The notes beneath the pieces are model-generated. The model saw only the letters and a program-made list of their open reading frames with translations. It did not search any database and was not told where the DNA came from. Both the position numbers and the translations under genes were made by a program. A stretch of 64,000 nt of DNA, from the NCBI RefSeq assembly GCF_009914755.1, contig NC_060933.1; one strand, 5' to 3'. Source of the DNA: the human T2T-CHM13v2.0 reference genome, Homo sapiens. Below are positions 1 through 16,485 of the stretch, one piece after another (positions within the stretch are counted from its first letter, which is position 1; each line of letters opens with the position of its first letter).

Positions 1-820
1 TCTTTGTTTTTATACCTCAAAGAACCATTTAGAGTCACTGATTCATTTCCATAAAGCAGGAACTTTCCAAAATTTAGTAAGAATAGCTAAGTACAAATCT
101 AAAAAAATAATTACGTACTTCAAAAACTAAAAATGCATTCACTGAGATGCCTTATATCCTAATTAAATATTAGCTGAATTGTAATTGATCTTACATTTTG
201 ATTTTGTGAAATATATATTGCCTTTACTCCAAAATTTACTAGACCACCTTCTTACGTATGGCAGTGGGCATTAGGTGGCTTGTGAATTTGAGAACTGCTC
301 TATGGGGTTAGTGTCTGAGATTCATCAACTGAGCATGGAATAAGAAGAGAATAGCACTTTAAAGAACATTAACTGAGGACTTTGCTAAGCATTTATTTAA
401 TTAGGGAAAGCTTCAAAAGTTGAAGTCCAATCATGGGACTTTCAAAATAATCCAAGTGAGACATGAAGAGACTAAGCTGAGGGGGAGATCCATGGAAATG
501 ATGTATTAGAATCATAAGCATGAACTATTTCAACAGACAATACACAGAATTTGGAAAAACGAGGGAGTGATATCTCTAAGATTTTTTTCCACAAATAAAC
601 ATTCATACATATTATTTTGTATTCATATACTGTGATCTTCATGGAGTAAGGTGCTAATGTAAAAAAGTTGATTATTGGAGTTTATAAAAGCAACTTTTGA
701 CCATTTTCTCTGTGTGTGTGTCTACATAGCAAACTTACTTCCTCAGAGAAGCAGAAACTCTTTGTCTTACTGACACTGGAATGTATCCTCTGTAGTTTTA
801 TTCCATGAAAAAGATAACTA

Positions 821-1218
<398 letters not shown>

Positions 1219-4200
1219 TTACTGAAAAACCACCAACTATGGTTTCATATTCACTGAATACAAGTAAATTAATGAAACATTTTCAGGACAATCAGGCACA
1301 GATGGCTATTTTTTCTATTGAGTTGAGATAATTATTTGTGCTAATAATAGAAAGAAAGTGTGTATCCACTCCTGGAAGGCTGTGTGCTGTGCTATAAGAG
1401 AAGCTGATGCCTCTGCTTCCCCATCTTTGTTCTGTGGAGCCACACAGGCAGCCTGATACCTGGGCAAATGCTTACCTGCCCACATCCGAAGGGCTGGTGC
1501 ACCCAGAGTCGTGGCTAGGTTGTGTGCAGCACAAATTCCCACCTCTAGTTTCCCTGCTTTACTCTTTTCCTAAGAAATCAGTACCTGAGCTTTTTCAAAA
1601 TAACTGGAGAAGAAATGAGGCAGAAAGTATCTTTTTAAACACAATGCTCATTCACTCAGAAAATTGAGAAAAAAGTTCTAAGTGATAATTGATGTCAACC
1701 TGTAAAATTTTTCAACAGCTTGAGTGTTTATTTTCTTTACAATATTGTCATCAACTCATAACCAAATATCACAAATAGGCAGCATAATGGCCTCATTAGG
1801 GCAGTTTCCACAGTGACCCACATCATCAACAATGGCATGCATCTGTCATGCATCTTCCCAGAAAGTCCTAAAATTCTACAGGAAAAACCTCTTGGAAAGA
1901 AAGTTTCGAATGTTGATGAGGTCCACCCATATAGTTAATCTCTTCAGGTGAGAAGCTATAAACATAAGACACTTCTTCGGTTTCATCCATTTTGTAAACT
2001 CATTTGCTGAAATGTTCTTCACAGTAATATCTGTGTTCACTGCATTGTTTCCAAGTATTTAAAATCCCTGAAGAAGTAAGTAATCCATGTGTTTTACGCC
2101 ATTTCAACAGAAATGTCTTAGGCAATGTTTATCTTTGCTGCTTACAGATCCCCAAATAAGACAGCTTGCTTCATTAGTGAAGGCCCCTTGAAAAAATTCT
2201 CAAACTCTCCTTCGGTCTAATGCATGGTTAGTTATTGTACATTCATTTTGCAACTTTAAAAAGGAGCAATTGCAGAGGTGTCAAGCCACAAATAACAATG
2301 CTGTCTAACTTCGTTAGACCATGAAAACACACGGGTTATCCTTGCAAAAAAGCATATATATTTTTTAATTTATTGCAGTAGCATCTTGAATTACATCTAT
2401 CATGAGAGAATATAAAATCTTTTTCATGTTTTTCACACACTGTCATAACTTATTATTGTTTTCCATTATCTTAATATTCTGCTGTCTAAGAGATGTAGCC
2501 CCTGGGTGACCTGAAAGTCTGGTGAAGCTAGTATGATCAGGGATATAATAAGACAGTGACCATCTATGGACCTTGGACACAATACTAGAGAGCATGATAG
2601 ATGTGTGTGGGCCATAATGATGTTGATATTAATATGCTATTAATTCCTCTCTGACTCCAGTACATCATCTCCACCTTGTCTAGGTTTTGCATTTCCAAAT
2701 ACTTGCCCTTTCTCTCTTAATAATTCTCCTTAATATCCCACATTCCTTTAACCTGAGGTGGAAAACTCAAGTGGGGAGGGAAATCCTAAAACTCACTAGG
2801 TGACACAATACACTAAAACATTCCAGCTTGGGTCAGCAGACATGTTACAGCTACAGACTCTTATGTTTTCTCTCTTTAGACCAAAGAGTTTATCTTACAC
2901 TCATCATGTGTTGGTCTGTGAGCGGCCAAGACAACATTCAATGAGCAACCAGCAAACCCTCCCTTATGCTAGAATGCTTACTTATGGGGATACTAAAAAC
3001 ACTAGGTCTGTTATAGTTCTACTTGGAAACTTCAGATGCCTTTTCTTCTAACTCTGAAATTTTAATAAGATGGAAGAAGCACTTTCTGCATAATTGTTTA
3101 TTTAAAACTAAATGCAATTCCAACCCAGAAGAGGCCTCTTTTGGACAAGACTAGTCAAGTTACAGATGAAGACAACAGTGTCTTAGCTGTCAGTGAGATA
3201 GCCCTCTTTGATCTTGGGGAATTCTGAAGGAATTTCTCATTTCAAAATAAGAATAAATACTTTTGGGTAAAGGGAGGAGAGAAAATTCTTCAGGTCACCT
3301 TCCATTTTTTCCTTATAAACAAATTACAATCAGTTGACCTCAGCCTAGCATTTTGATTAAAAATAACTCAAGACAGGACTGAAAGAAAACACCAAGAAGA
3401 GTGTTTTATCCTAATCTTAGAAAGGCATATTCATATGACAACCAGCATAAGAAGCAAGGAATCTGAATTACAGAAAAATAAACTTTAAACTGAAACTGCT
3501 AATATAATAAATGCAGAGGAGACACAGGGCAGCAAATGCACAAATAAATGTATGTCTTTAGCCAGTATGTGAATGATACCCAAAACGGCTGGTTTTCCAT
3601 CTCAAACAGTCATGGAATAACAACTTCACAGTGTTTATTAATTGTTGAAATTGTCTAAAACAAGAGAATATATTTTCACAAATTCATCTGACACAGACAC
3701 AGCTATAAGCACATGAGAAGACAGGCCTAAGGAAAAAGGTAAAATTAATTCACCTATGTCTGTATTTGTCAACTAAACAAAGCATCAATCCATTTATTAT
3801 AAAGTATAATAAAACTAAGGACAACCATTGCATAATTAAATTGCCTCTGAAAGCCAATTATTGATTATGGAGAAAACCAAGTTTTACAACTGTATGTGTG
3901 TATCATATAAAGATTTCATTTCCTAATATAGATCATTCATTATTTATTTTGAAATGTTAAGAATTTACTATGTGCCAGTGTATCATTTGAATTCTCATAT
4001 TTTAAACATTTTAAACTATAGGTTAATTTTCTGAAATTTTCAATTAGTGTCAGAAGAAGTTACAGAAAAAGGAATAACAAACATGTTTAAATAATTAAAT
4101 GGTTTCAATGGCATCTCTGAATTTCTTTGATATTATTATCAAAATGTTTTCTTCAATTCTACTCAAAACCTTATTTTTTTGCCCTAAGTCTTTGTCAGCT

Positions 4201-4319
4201 TATTTCAGTCTTATTTTTACATGTAATATACCACAGAGTTCTTCTTAGCTTCAAGTGATGCAATGTGAAAGGTGTAGAAATGCACACTGACCCTTAGCCT
4301 CTTAAATTTACAACAGGTC

Positions 4320-4641
<322 letters not shown>

Positions 4642-5954
4642 TTAGCCAATACCATGTTAGAGGTTATACTGAAATTCTAACTATGAAGATGTAGAAAGCA
4701 AAAACATATTTAATTAGTTATAATCCAATCTGTGCAATATTCATGATAATACATTTTTACAAGTTGAAAGTAATTCTGGATTATGCTTCATAACTTATGA
4801 AACCTTTGGTGGAAAAATTGAGTCTTCCCCATTAAAGGGAATTAAATAAGTTGCTTATAAAAGTGCATTAACTTGTTTGGCCCATGGGTTCATCATTTAG
4901 TGGTATGGAAGAACTAGTTTACTTGTGGTATCCAAGAGGCATGAAGAAAGACACCTCCAAAAAGTCCATTTTGACTCTTTACACTGGGACAGACGGGATG
5001 CATAGCTACCTTGTTCCCCTCTCACCCCTCAGGCTAAGGCTTGAGTAACTATCGCAGCTGTTTCCATGGCGTCTTCCCATCACATGGGAAGAAGGCACTG
5101 GGCTGCACAACAGGGAAACTACTTGTTTTCTGCCTGTTAATTTTTAGCTCTGAGATCTTTACACTCCACTGGAGAAAGGCTTTAATGTCTGAGACAGGGG
5201 GTCATTATTTGTTAGTTTAATTATTTATGATCAGAACATTTGTTCAGTCACTCTTCCATAGACCATTCTGAATCTAATAAAGGATATGAAAACACTAGAG
5301 ATAATCTATAGCCCTCAATAAATCACTCCCAATTTGGAACTCCTTTGATGAATACTCCAGGCTACCACGAGGGAGAAGAAAAAAGTCAAAACCAATTTAA
5401 AAAAGCAACAACAATGAATTTGTAATAAACTTAGTTGATAGCTAACTAAAGTAAGCCTGTTTTTCTAACTTCATTAACATGAAAATAAATTTTATTAAGA
5501 TTGATATCATGCTTTTTTGCACGATGAGTTACAGGAACATGAACTAAGAATAAAAATGATCCCTAAGATAAAGAATCCTCATAATCATGTACTTTAGTAC
5601 AAAATATGATTTGACATCAAGAAGAGCTATGGCTTGAGATTGCTCTTGTTTTCCTTTACCCCCTGTGCCCAGGCTTAGTCACTGTTTCAGTGATAATGAC
5701 CATCCACTGAGGCTCTGCAGCAATAGAATCTAAAGTAACGAAACAGAGCCCATATCTCTGCAACAAATGAAATCACAGACTTAAGAAAAATAAACAGAAA
5801 AATGAAAAGTTAAATTGTTCATGTTTCATAGCCATACTGCCTATAACAAATGCCAGAACATATTTATTTGGTCCAATGTGCAATGCATTAAATGTGCTCA
5901 AATACAGAAAACACCAAGAAATGCAACAGGGAGTTAAAAAAAAAAAAAAAAAAA

Positions 5955-6298
<344 letters not shown>

Positions 6299-7088
6299 TT
6301 ATATAAAATACAGTAGACACTTTTGAATCTTTTTAATATATGCCTACAAATACATTTTATTAATAGTGTAAATTTAATTTCCTCTGAGAATTTATTCAAA
6401 GAAGTTCTATCTGAGTTTGTGCTCAGAAAATGCCAGGATGATTCCTTGTCACAATGTATTTGGTGTTTAAAGTTCCCTCTAATTTACACAGCAAGACAAC
6501 ATTCAATTTTCTACACTTCTGCTTAAGCATATGTAAAAGAAACACACTCCTCATGAGATATGTTTACAAATATAAATGGAATAGTCACAGTGGAGCATGA
6601 ATAAACCATTACATGGTTATTTCTCTACAGTGGATGCTAAAGAGAGAATCAAGTCCACCATAATAAGAAATAAACTAAGAGTTGTAGTTAAAACATAATA
6701 AAAATCTTCTTAAACGTTTCTTTACTTTGCCAATTTTCTCATCCAAATAGGGATAATTAAATAATCTGGGACAACAAAATGTATACTGTGGCAGAACAAA
6801 AGAATCCAAGGTAAAAAAAAAAGGACATGGCAGAATCTAAGGTCTTTGATAAATAATACTCAGATATTGCAAGGGGTATACAAAGAGTTCAAACACTGTC
6901 AAAGTCAGGTGTGACTTGTTCAAGGCACACAAAGATCATACCAAGGGAAACCCAGCAGGACAAGAAAGCCGAAGTGATCAACTTATTCCTGTCAAATACA
7001 TTCTTGGAGTTTCAAATGTGAACAAATATGCTTATTCTGAATTTTACTTCCTTCTGCAAAGTATTAATCAATTATAATTATTTTGTTA

Positions 7089-7340
<252 letters not shown>

Positions 7341-9514
7341 CTAGGATGTATGGCAATCATCACTCCTTTTTTAATTCTTTACAATTTTTAAAATTTACAT
7401 TGCAGCATAATTTACAGAGAGTAAAATTCCAGAGAATTTATTTGATGTTTTTAAAGTGTACAGCTCTATTCATTTTGGCAAATGCATTCAGCCTTGTAAC
7501 CTCCACCATAATGAAGACATAAAACAGGTCCATTAGCCCTCAAAGTTCCCTAATGTCCCACATTTTCTCAATTCTGCAAGATGTCTGGGTACATCACCCA
7601 TCCAACACTACTTTAAACTCAATTTGATGCTTAGGTTCTTTAGGTACACACATACAGAGGTAGTGTGAATTCTGTGCCCAAACCTCAATAGCGGCTAGAA
7701 ATTCTCACAGTGCCCCAGCACAGAACCTGTGGGGGATGGGAAAAGTGAAATGCACCAGGTGTTCAGGTCAGAGTTACCTGCGTGAAGCCAGGACCCATGA
7801 GAGGCAACACCTGTAGTGATGAACTGGAAAAAGCCCACTCTGTAGACCCCTCCAGAGGGAATTACTGCGGGCTACTTGCCTACAGGAGATGGAGGCTCCT
7901 CCTTTTTGCCTGATAACTTGAGCATTGCAGGAACTTGCTCTGCCTTTCCAACCCAAGGACCCCTGCATGTCACCATGTCACCCTCACCTCAGGGTGACTC
8001 TCTATTGCTTCAGCTCTGGTCTAAAAGAATTGCTGGGGGTTAAGTAGTGTTTGACCCAGATCATCTTATTTGTCCTAAGACCATAAGGACCCTCAGAGCC
8101 TTCTTGCCCCTGGTGTTCCCCACCGTCAAACTTGAGGAGCCCCTGGGACCATTCCCACCTTGGGTAGCTCTTTTCCTATGCGTAGCCATGGGTAACAGAA
8201 GCAACCCAGAGGTTACCTCTGAGTCCCGCAGTCCAATCCTGTAATCACTGTACTTTCAGGCATGTCATATATTTTGTCATAAAAAGGGTACCTCTTCCAG
8301 CATGGTTATTGATCTAATAATGTTACACATAAGTTTTCTGTCACACATTAAGATATGTCTGTGAAAGAGGAATGTTATACCTTGAATATATCATTAGATG
8401 ATTCTGAACTGCATATTTTGGATACACTTTTTTTCTTTGTGAGCAACTTGTTAAGTCACAGAAAGAAGGCAACCAGAATTAATTAGATTGCTACGACTTA
8501 GCAAAATGTCAACTATGTTCAGTGAGATAGATAAGAGGTAATTCAGGGTCTCTCCTGATTTGTTTGGTTGAGTACATGATACTGCAACAACAGAAAGAAA
8601 ATTCAGTGCACATAATTTGCCTGAGTGAATATCATTTCATAAAGAAATACTGGAATTATATCTGCTTTTCTAAAAGCATGCATTGCCATTAAGACAGTGA
8701 CATGTCTTTAAGACATGACAAAAGAAAAACTCAGTAACTCATTGTGAAGCATCTATTCTACAATAGGGAGAACAGTATCTCATTGCTTGGTAAAACATTC
8801 AGAGTATTTGATATAGGAACATTTTTCTATATATTCCCCATAAGTGACAATGTCACATTTATACAGGTGAGTCAGACACTGGAATTTGTGATTTTTTTAC
8901 ATACAAAGAGCAGCATAATCTAGCTAAGAAATTGCATTTAACATCTTTAGCATGAAGAGCACCCAATATTTTTACACAGCAAGAAGCCATTGAAATGTGC
9001 AGAGCTGTTAAGAAAGGTTTGCTTTCTCTACACTTTCCTTAAATGTCCCCCTCAATGTTTATGCCACAAGAGAGGCTTTCTTGATTTCCCCAGCACACAT
9101 GCTCTCTGGATAACACTGTGCAGTCGGGATTCCCAGATGTCAGCAAATATGCTACAGAGTGGGCTAAGAAAAATAGATAAATACGAATCCAACTGGCTAC
9201 GAACTTTACTTACATTTTCTAAAAAGGCATTTTAAAACTGTGAAGAAGCTAAAGTACAAGAAGGCAACTAAGGCTCTGCTCCATCTATAGACAAGTCCCA
9301 CATGGCCCACGAGTGGTCACAGCAGGATCCAAGAAGGAAGGACATCATCCAGGGAATAGTGCCTCCTAAGCCTGTCTGCCTGATGTTATTTTCTCTCTAT
9401 TTTCTGGGAAAGAATAAAACAAATCCAAGAACATCTAAAGTAGCATTGACATTTTTTGGATAAAATCTCTTCCTACATTAGAAAAGCATGATAGCTGTTC
9501 TCATGATGCCTCTG

Positions 9515-9634
9515 TCCTGCAGTATCATGCAACACATAAAACAGCACTGGGCGTTTCACGTGTCCCTGGATTCCTGCAGTATCATGCGATACATGAAACA
9601 GCACTGGGCATTTCACGTGTCCCTGGGATTCCTG
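9515..9634. repeat. Tandem duplication, 2 x ~57 bp
   Basis: tcctgcagtatcatgc...tttcacgtgtccctgg repeated at 9515 and 9572. Confidence 0.9.
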
Positions 9635-10212
9635 GCTGACATGTCTAACTCTCTCTGTGGAATCATGAGCTCTTGAAGGCACAATAAAAGTCTTTCCCAA
9701 CTTCATGTGCTCTATACCTAGCGCAGAATCTGAAAGATAGCACATGCTCAATAAACTTCAACTGAATATTTACTAAATACGTAAAAGAGAATTATCATTA
9801 ACCAATACACTTAATTAAACTTAGTCTTCCTAAGTTAGCAGAGTACAATTTATTAAAGTTCAAACACAAGAGGCCTAGAGGTATCAGATTCACATCTCTA
9901 ATAAAAATAATAACCAGATCTCAAGAGAAGGTTCTAAATAGGTGTAATAGATAATAGTTATTCTTTCCCTTGGTTTCTCCCTAATTAACTTTCCAATTGT
10001 GTGTTTCACGAGTTTCAGATGATTTCCAATAGGATTAAGGTCCAAATATAAATCTGTAAAGACAGCTGGAAACAAAATTGCTGAAATTTTCCATTTCGCC
10101 TTTGGAAAATTCAAGAGTCAATAGCATCTGTCTGCCAAAGAGTCACCTTGTAATGAAGAAAATTTCTGGCACAGGCTTGAATAAATCTTGCCCTTCAGAA
10201 AGGCAATAAATT

Positions 10213-10615
<403 letters not shown>

Positions 10616-12207
10616 CTAGAAAGAATTGTACACTACTGAGTCAGAGGGGAAAACACAGTGGGCACCCCACAAGTGTTACAGGGGCTGGATCTCCCTCTTC
10701 CTCAGCTTATTTGGAAATCTGGTTAAGATTCACTATATTTCCATGTGCTTGGCTCAATATAGAGGGTTCTAGGGTCTTAATGTTACAAGTATTGATTATT
10801 TCACATTTATTCTCACCATCTAAAGGCAGAGATTCATTGCTACATAGGTATATTTTATATTATTGTTCTCCTAGAAGATCATGGTTGAAAATGATATAAA
10901 ATGTTTTATTCAGGGTTGTTTTATATCTGTTCAAAAATGGTGGACTTCCTTAAAAATCACCTGTGCTGAACTGGGTAACAGCTGGATTCATATTAAAACT
11001 TGCAGGTTTGAAGAAGAGAAGCATTTGGAAAATGCAGAGAATAAACACAGTATGGGTTGGTGACTTAGCTGAAGGCTCAACAACGGTTGAGAGAGAAGTA
11101 GAGATAAACCCATAGAGGATCCCACCTGCCACCTTCCATGCAGCCACCTCAAGTGACAACTTTGAAGATGCACGCTAGACCAGAGGGTTTTTGGCTTGCT
11201 GCACTTCCTTAGGCTTGTTGATTTAGTCTCGGTGATTAGCTCTGCCTAGGTTCCTCTCTCCCCACTCTATGGTCTTGATTTGTCCCCTGACCCCTGCCTG
11301 GCATCACTCTTAGCTTCCCACTTCTCCTTGACAAGTATTCCCAGCATGCTTTGTGATTCCCAGCATGGTGCCTATGAACGGTTTGGGACAGAAACCATTT
11401 CTTAGTATTATGTTCATGAAAGACAGCAGAAGATTAAAATTAGCCTAAGGGCTTCCTGTATACAAATCAACATTGCATTCACAGATGTGCTAGTTTATGA
11501 CAATTTTTACCACATGAATATGAAATGATTAAAAAATCAATTTGAGGAATTGCCCTTACCTAAGACAGAGATGATATACTTTTCAAAACAGCATTTCATT
11601 TGAGTATGTTAATTCTTGCACTTATTTAATAAAAGTGTATTGAGCACCTACCATGTTCAAAGCATTATGGGGCATAAAGAGAGACATGGTTCTAGGTTCA
11701 AGAAGTCCAGAATCTAACATGGGAGGGAGATGTGTAAATATCTGTTATAGGAAATAAACAGAAGAGCAAAATATTTAGATACTACTATTTATTCCAAAAC
11801 ACAGGGAAGCATCTTAATTGCTTAGGAACAAAACCAGCCTCTGAAAGAGCAAACACTACTAGGGAGAGATGCGTATAAAAGTGCTTCTGGAAAAGATAAA
11901 CATAAACCATGCATTTTCAAACAGCAATTCATTATTCTGGGATCTGATAATAAGAATGAAAAAAAAAAAGAATGCATGGATAATACATGGACAGATTTTG
12001 TCCGTATCTGCAGAGGAAATGGGAAAAGCCAAAAGGAGGGGCGACAACTGATCCTTTGGGGAGGAGCTTTACATTCAAATGAGGACACCTCCTGGCATCT
12101 CCAGATGGAGCTCCGAATTCATTACAGTATTACTTAAAGGATTTTATTAAAAGACCAAACCACACTGCACTTGTGGCTGAATGCCTTTATCAGAGATGAA
12201 TCTTACA

Positions 12208-12671
12208 TGTGTTAGGACAGGCTGACAGTGGCTCCCAAAGATATGTCTATGCCCCAATCCCGGGACCCTGTGAAGGTTACTTCAGAAGGTAAGGTTCTCC
12301 AGATGTGATCAAAGACCCTGAGACGAGGAAATTATCTTGAATTATCTGGCTGGGTCTTAAATACCATCAGAACTGCCCTTGTAAGAGAGATAAAGGTGAT
12401 GATGAACAGAGCCCCATACAAAAGAGAAGAGGGTGTGAAAATGGAGTGAGGCACCCACAAGGTGAGGCACACGGGCAACCACAGGAAGCCGGAAGAAACG
12501 AAGAATGCATGTCCCCCTAGAGCCTTCGTAGGGAGTGTGGCCCATCTTGATTTTGGACTAGGGATACTGATGCGGAACTTCTGGTCTCCAGACTATGACA
12601 GAATAAATTCTTTTGCTTTAAGTCTGCCAGTTTATGGTCATTTCTCACAAGGGCCATAGGAAATGAACACA
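12208..12671 (+). mobile_element. MaLR solo LTR (MLT1B/C/D-like)
   Basis: Typical MLT1 motifs (cccaaagatatgtc..., ctggtctccagactatgacagaataaattc...aggaaatgaacaca). Confidence 0.75.
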
Positions 12672-15383
12672 CTTTATATGGAATTACATATTGGATATTT
12701 TAGGGCAAATGCAGGAGAGTTCCACTGAAAATACGTTTAACATCCCTTTGAATCGCACAGATACTCAATTCCTTCTGAGAAGGGCTTCGTGATGCTAAGC
12801 CACTCTGCCAGGCTGTGGCTCTCCCCATGCTTGCGGCTGCACTTGCTCCTCACTGTGAAAGGAGCTAAGCACTGTGTCGGCGGAACCTAAGGATGGAAGG
12901 AGAGGGGAAGGGGCCACCGAACTGCTAATATGAGGGGACGGCACCTTAACCAGCTTCGAATTATCAGAAAAACACAAAGCCTATTATTAAAGAGTTCAAC
13001 AGATGGTTACTGTGTTATCACAGATGTACAGAAAACCTCTTTGTTCTAAAAAAAAAAAAAGAAAAAAAAAGATTCCTGTCCTTTCTCAGACTGTCTCGAT
13101 TAGGTCAAATTCACTAACTCCACAGCAGGCTTCTCTCTGGTTCCACATATTGAGTCAGCAGGGAGCACGGCCTCGGGAATCGAATCACAAACAGGGAAGG
13201 GGGTGCCCATACCTTCTTCAGGCCACGTCTGGATGTTCATCTGGATACGGCGCTATTCCATTCTTCCCATTTCATCACCTGTCTTTTCAGTTCTTAATGT
13301 ACCTTAACATTATCTTAATGAGAGGTTAAATAATGCTTTTATTTAGAAGGTACCAAAAGTTCATCTTATTATGAATCTGAATTGATCTGTGCATTGCTAT
13401 CTAGAGGGAATGCTTCGGAAAAAGTACATTTTACTCACAGTGAACATAAGCAGTGATGGTCAATGTAAAAATCTACTGTTTTCCATATAAAAACTTCTGT
13501 TTTACATGGTCTTGATCTCCATTCGATTATCTTCAGTCACTGTCTTCCCTACATCTCACTCCATGGGGTCTGAAGGGGGCTCACCCTACCACCTGGGGCC
13601 AGCACAGGGACAAGCCTCAGGCCTGGCAACTGAATGTCATGCCTGTCCTACTGGAAAGGACTGGTTCCAGGATGGTCAGGAAGCCCACGCTGAATGAATG
13701 GGAACAGAACCTGGGACTTTCGAATGAATAACAGCAGAACTTGGGACTTTCGGCTTGAACTCTTGGGAGAAATACCCATTCATTCATTCAACAAATATTT
13801 GTTGAAAATCTATACTGTGCCAGGTGTGCCCCTATGTTCTGGGGATATAACCATAAACAACAGAAAAAGTCTCTGCTCCTGTGAAGCTTATCCTACTGAG
13901 TAGAATAAACAAATAAAGGCATAGTATCTGTAGAACTCAACATTGCTAAGAACAGAAATAAAGGAAAATAGTCACGCTCCTAAGCTGGTAAACGGTATGC
14001 CTGAAGCTAAGGCATAGACAGAGCTGCCCAAGAATGAGGCCAGTTGTAGATGAAAATAAAACTGCAAGAAGGAAAGAGGCAGACTGCTGATGAAAGAATC
14101 TGATTGCCTAAATTCAGCCTGGCTTCAATCAAGACACTTTGGTTCCCTTTATTGTTCAAGCCTATTTGATCTTAGATTTTGGTCACCTGAAACTGAAAAA
14201 TACTCAATAAGTACACTGTCCTGAGCCCCCACCCTTATCTTCCCTCTACAGCCAATAAATTGCCAAGGATTATGTACTTTTTGTGTGTATATGGCAGCTT
14301 TTCCATTATCATGATCATCATCTCACTGTAGGTCCTCATGTTAACGACCTAACTAATCCTTACAGCCAATGTTTCCTTATTGACTGTCCCCAGCCACACA
14401 CACACCTTACATATCACCAGAGCAGAAACGGTTTTAAACTATTGCTGAGTGCAAGTCACACAAACAGCCATATCAACGAGCTCCAATGGATCCCCACTGC
14501 ACCTGTCCTGAAATTCAAATTTCAGGTCCTGGCATTCAATTCCTTCCATCACCTGTTCCCCGTTACTCTCTGCACTACAGCCGAATCCCCTACACATTTC
14601 TCAGATGCGCTTCCTCCTTTAATTGGAGTGGTCTTCTCACTGTTTCCTGAATGTGGGATGCATGCACCAATGCTCCTTGACCGCTCACCCGATGACATTG
14701 CAGCCCCTGCTGTCTGCGAGTTCCCATCACTTATTATCTTCAGGGCTCAACTCAAGTTTTGTCTCTGCTCTGAAGTCTTCTCACATGTGTGAAGGCCCCA
14801 GTAAGGCTTACTCTTCTGAAATACTGAGGTCTGTCTCATGGAAAATGAATTACACCTCTGGAGAAGGAGCAGCACCTCACTCACAGGGAGCCACACAGCA
14901 GCCATGTGCGGCGGCAGATGGGGATGAGAGGGAACAGGAGAACCTCACTCCTGAGAAAGGAGCCTTGCCTGCTGACTGATGATTCTGGGGTGAGGAAGAG
15001 AGACTGGCATGACCAGCTGATGAGTGTCTGGTTCCCGGGACATGACAGACAATTCCTAGAGTCTACCTGTGGGAACAGATGAGGCTTGGAAGAAGACACA
15101 TAGAAACAGGTTTAAATTCTATAAATTAGAATTTACAGGGGGTAGGAGATAGGGGTTACACGTTGTCTCTCCTTCCAGATGACATTTTGACTTGTTAAAG
15201 AAAACCTAGCATAGGAACATTGAATACCTCCTGACATTGGTGTTTTCAAATGACTTACAGCACTACAAATATAAAGTTATAACAACAGTATACCAATTTT
15301 AACATACCAGGACCAAGGACTTTATTCTATGAGAACTACAAAAGACACAACACAAATGAAGACCTAGAGGAAAGTTTACAGAG

Positions 15384-15569
15384 TTTTTTTTTTTTTTTTT
15401 TTGAGACGGAGCCTCGCCCTGTCGCCCAGGCTAAATTTTTTTTGTATTTTTAGTAGACACGGGGTTTCACCATGTTAGCCAAGATAGTATCGATCTCCTG
15501 ATCTCGTGATCCACCTGCCTCAACCTCCCAAAGTGCTGGGATTACAGGCGTGAGCCACCATGCCCGGTC
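15384..15569 (-). mobile_element. Alu lacking most of its right arm (internal deletion)
   Basis: gcccaggct joined directly to the linker aaattttttttgtatt; TSD aagtttaca retained. Confidence 0.9.
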
Positions 15570-16199
15570 AAGTTTACATAAATTTAAGCATCTTAGTTTG
15601 ACGATCTACTCTACAGTCATTACAACAATAAATATAAGAACTATTTAAACATGTGGAGAGATGAAGGAGATGGGATGGGAAAATCTGCATATGAGAAGAT
15701 AATGGACAAAGAGATCTGCTGGATTGAGATGAGATAATGGGTGTTAAATCCAACAAACACAGCTCTAGAAACACAGAAGGGATTCAACATAGATCAGCTC
15801 CTTTTCCCTGAGGAAGCTGGATAGATGATCTTGTTCTCTTTCCTTTTATTTCTAAATTTCTTGCTATGTAGTTAAATTATACTTCTGTGATAAATTCAAT
15901 ACCTATTTTTAAACTATAGATTTTTGGCTAAAGTATATAATACGAGAATAAGACGAACCTATTTTTTTGAGACTTACTGCTAAGTAGAAAGAGAGGAAAC
16001 CAAATAACAAAATTAAGTCGTGCAGAAAGACATCAGACACGACACAGAAAAAAATACAACAACACAGGTGCATATAATTTAAAAAGAAAATCATGTGGCG
16101 ATGTCATCACTAATAATTGTTATTACAAATGTATCCACAGCTGTGGGAATATAAGTGATAAAGATGAACTGTTAATAAAGGGCAATAAATGATCTTTCC

Positions 16200-16485
16200 A
16201 CGGGTACAAAAAAATAGAAAAAATGAATAACACCTAGTATTTGATAACACAAGAGGTGACTATAGTCAATAATTACTTAATTGTACATTTTTAAATAACT
16301 TAAAGAGTGTAATTGGATTGTTTGCAACTCGAAGGATAATTGCTTGAGGGGATGGATACTCCATTTTTCTTGATGCACTTATTTCACATTGCATGCCTGT
16401 ATCAAAACATCTCATGTAGACCATCGATATATACACCTACTATGCAACCACAAAATTAAAAACTAAAAAAATTAAAAATAATAAT
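16200..16485 (+). mobile_element. L1MA (L1MA1/2-like) 3' end fragment
   Basis: Characteristic 3' UTR (ttgcatgcctgtatcaaaacatctcatgt...cacaaaattaaaaa). Confidence 0.75.

Noticed and set aside
13703-13752. Duplicated GGGACTTTCG resembling tandem NF-kB sites
   Set aside because: Both copies end in G rather than the required C; simple ~30-bp duplication in probable old repeat sequence.
14283-14979. 169-aa and 118-aa ORFs antisense in intron 1
   Set aside because: No homology recognised; overlaps L2-like degenerate sequence; non-ATG starts.
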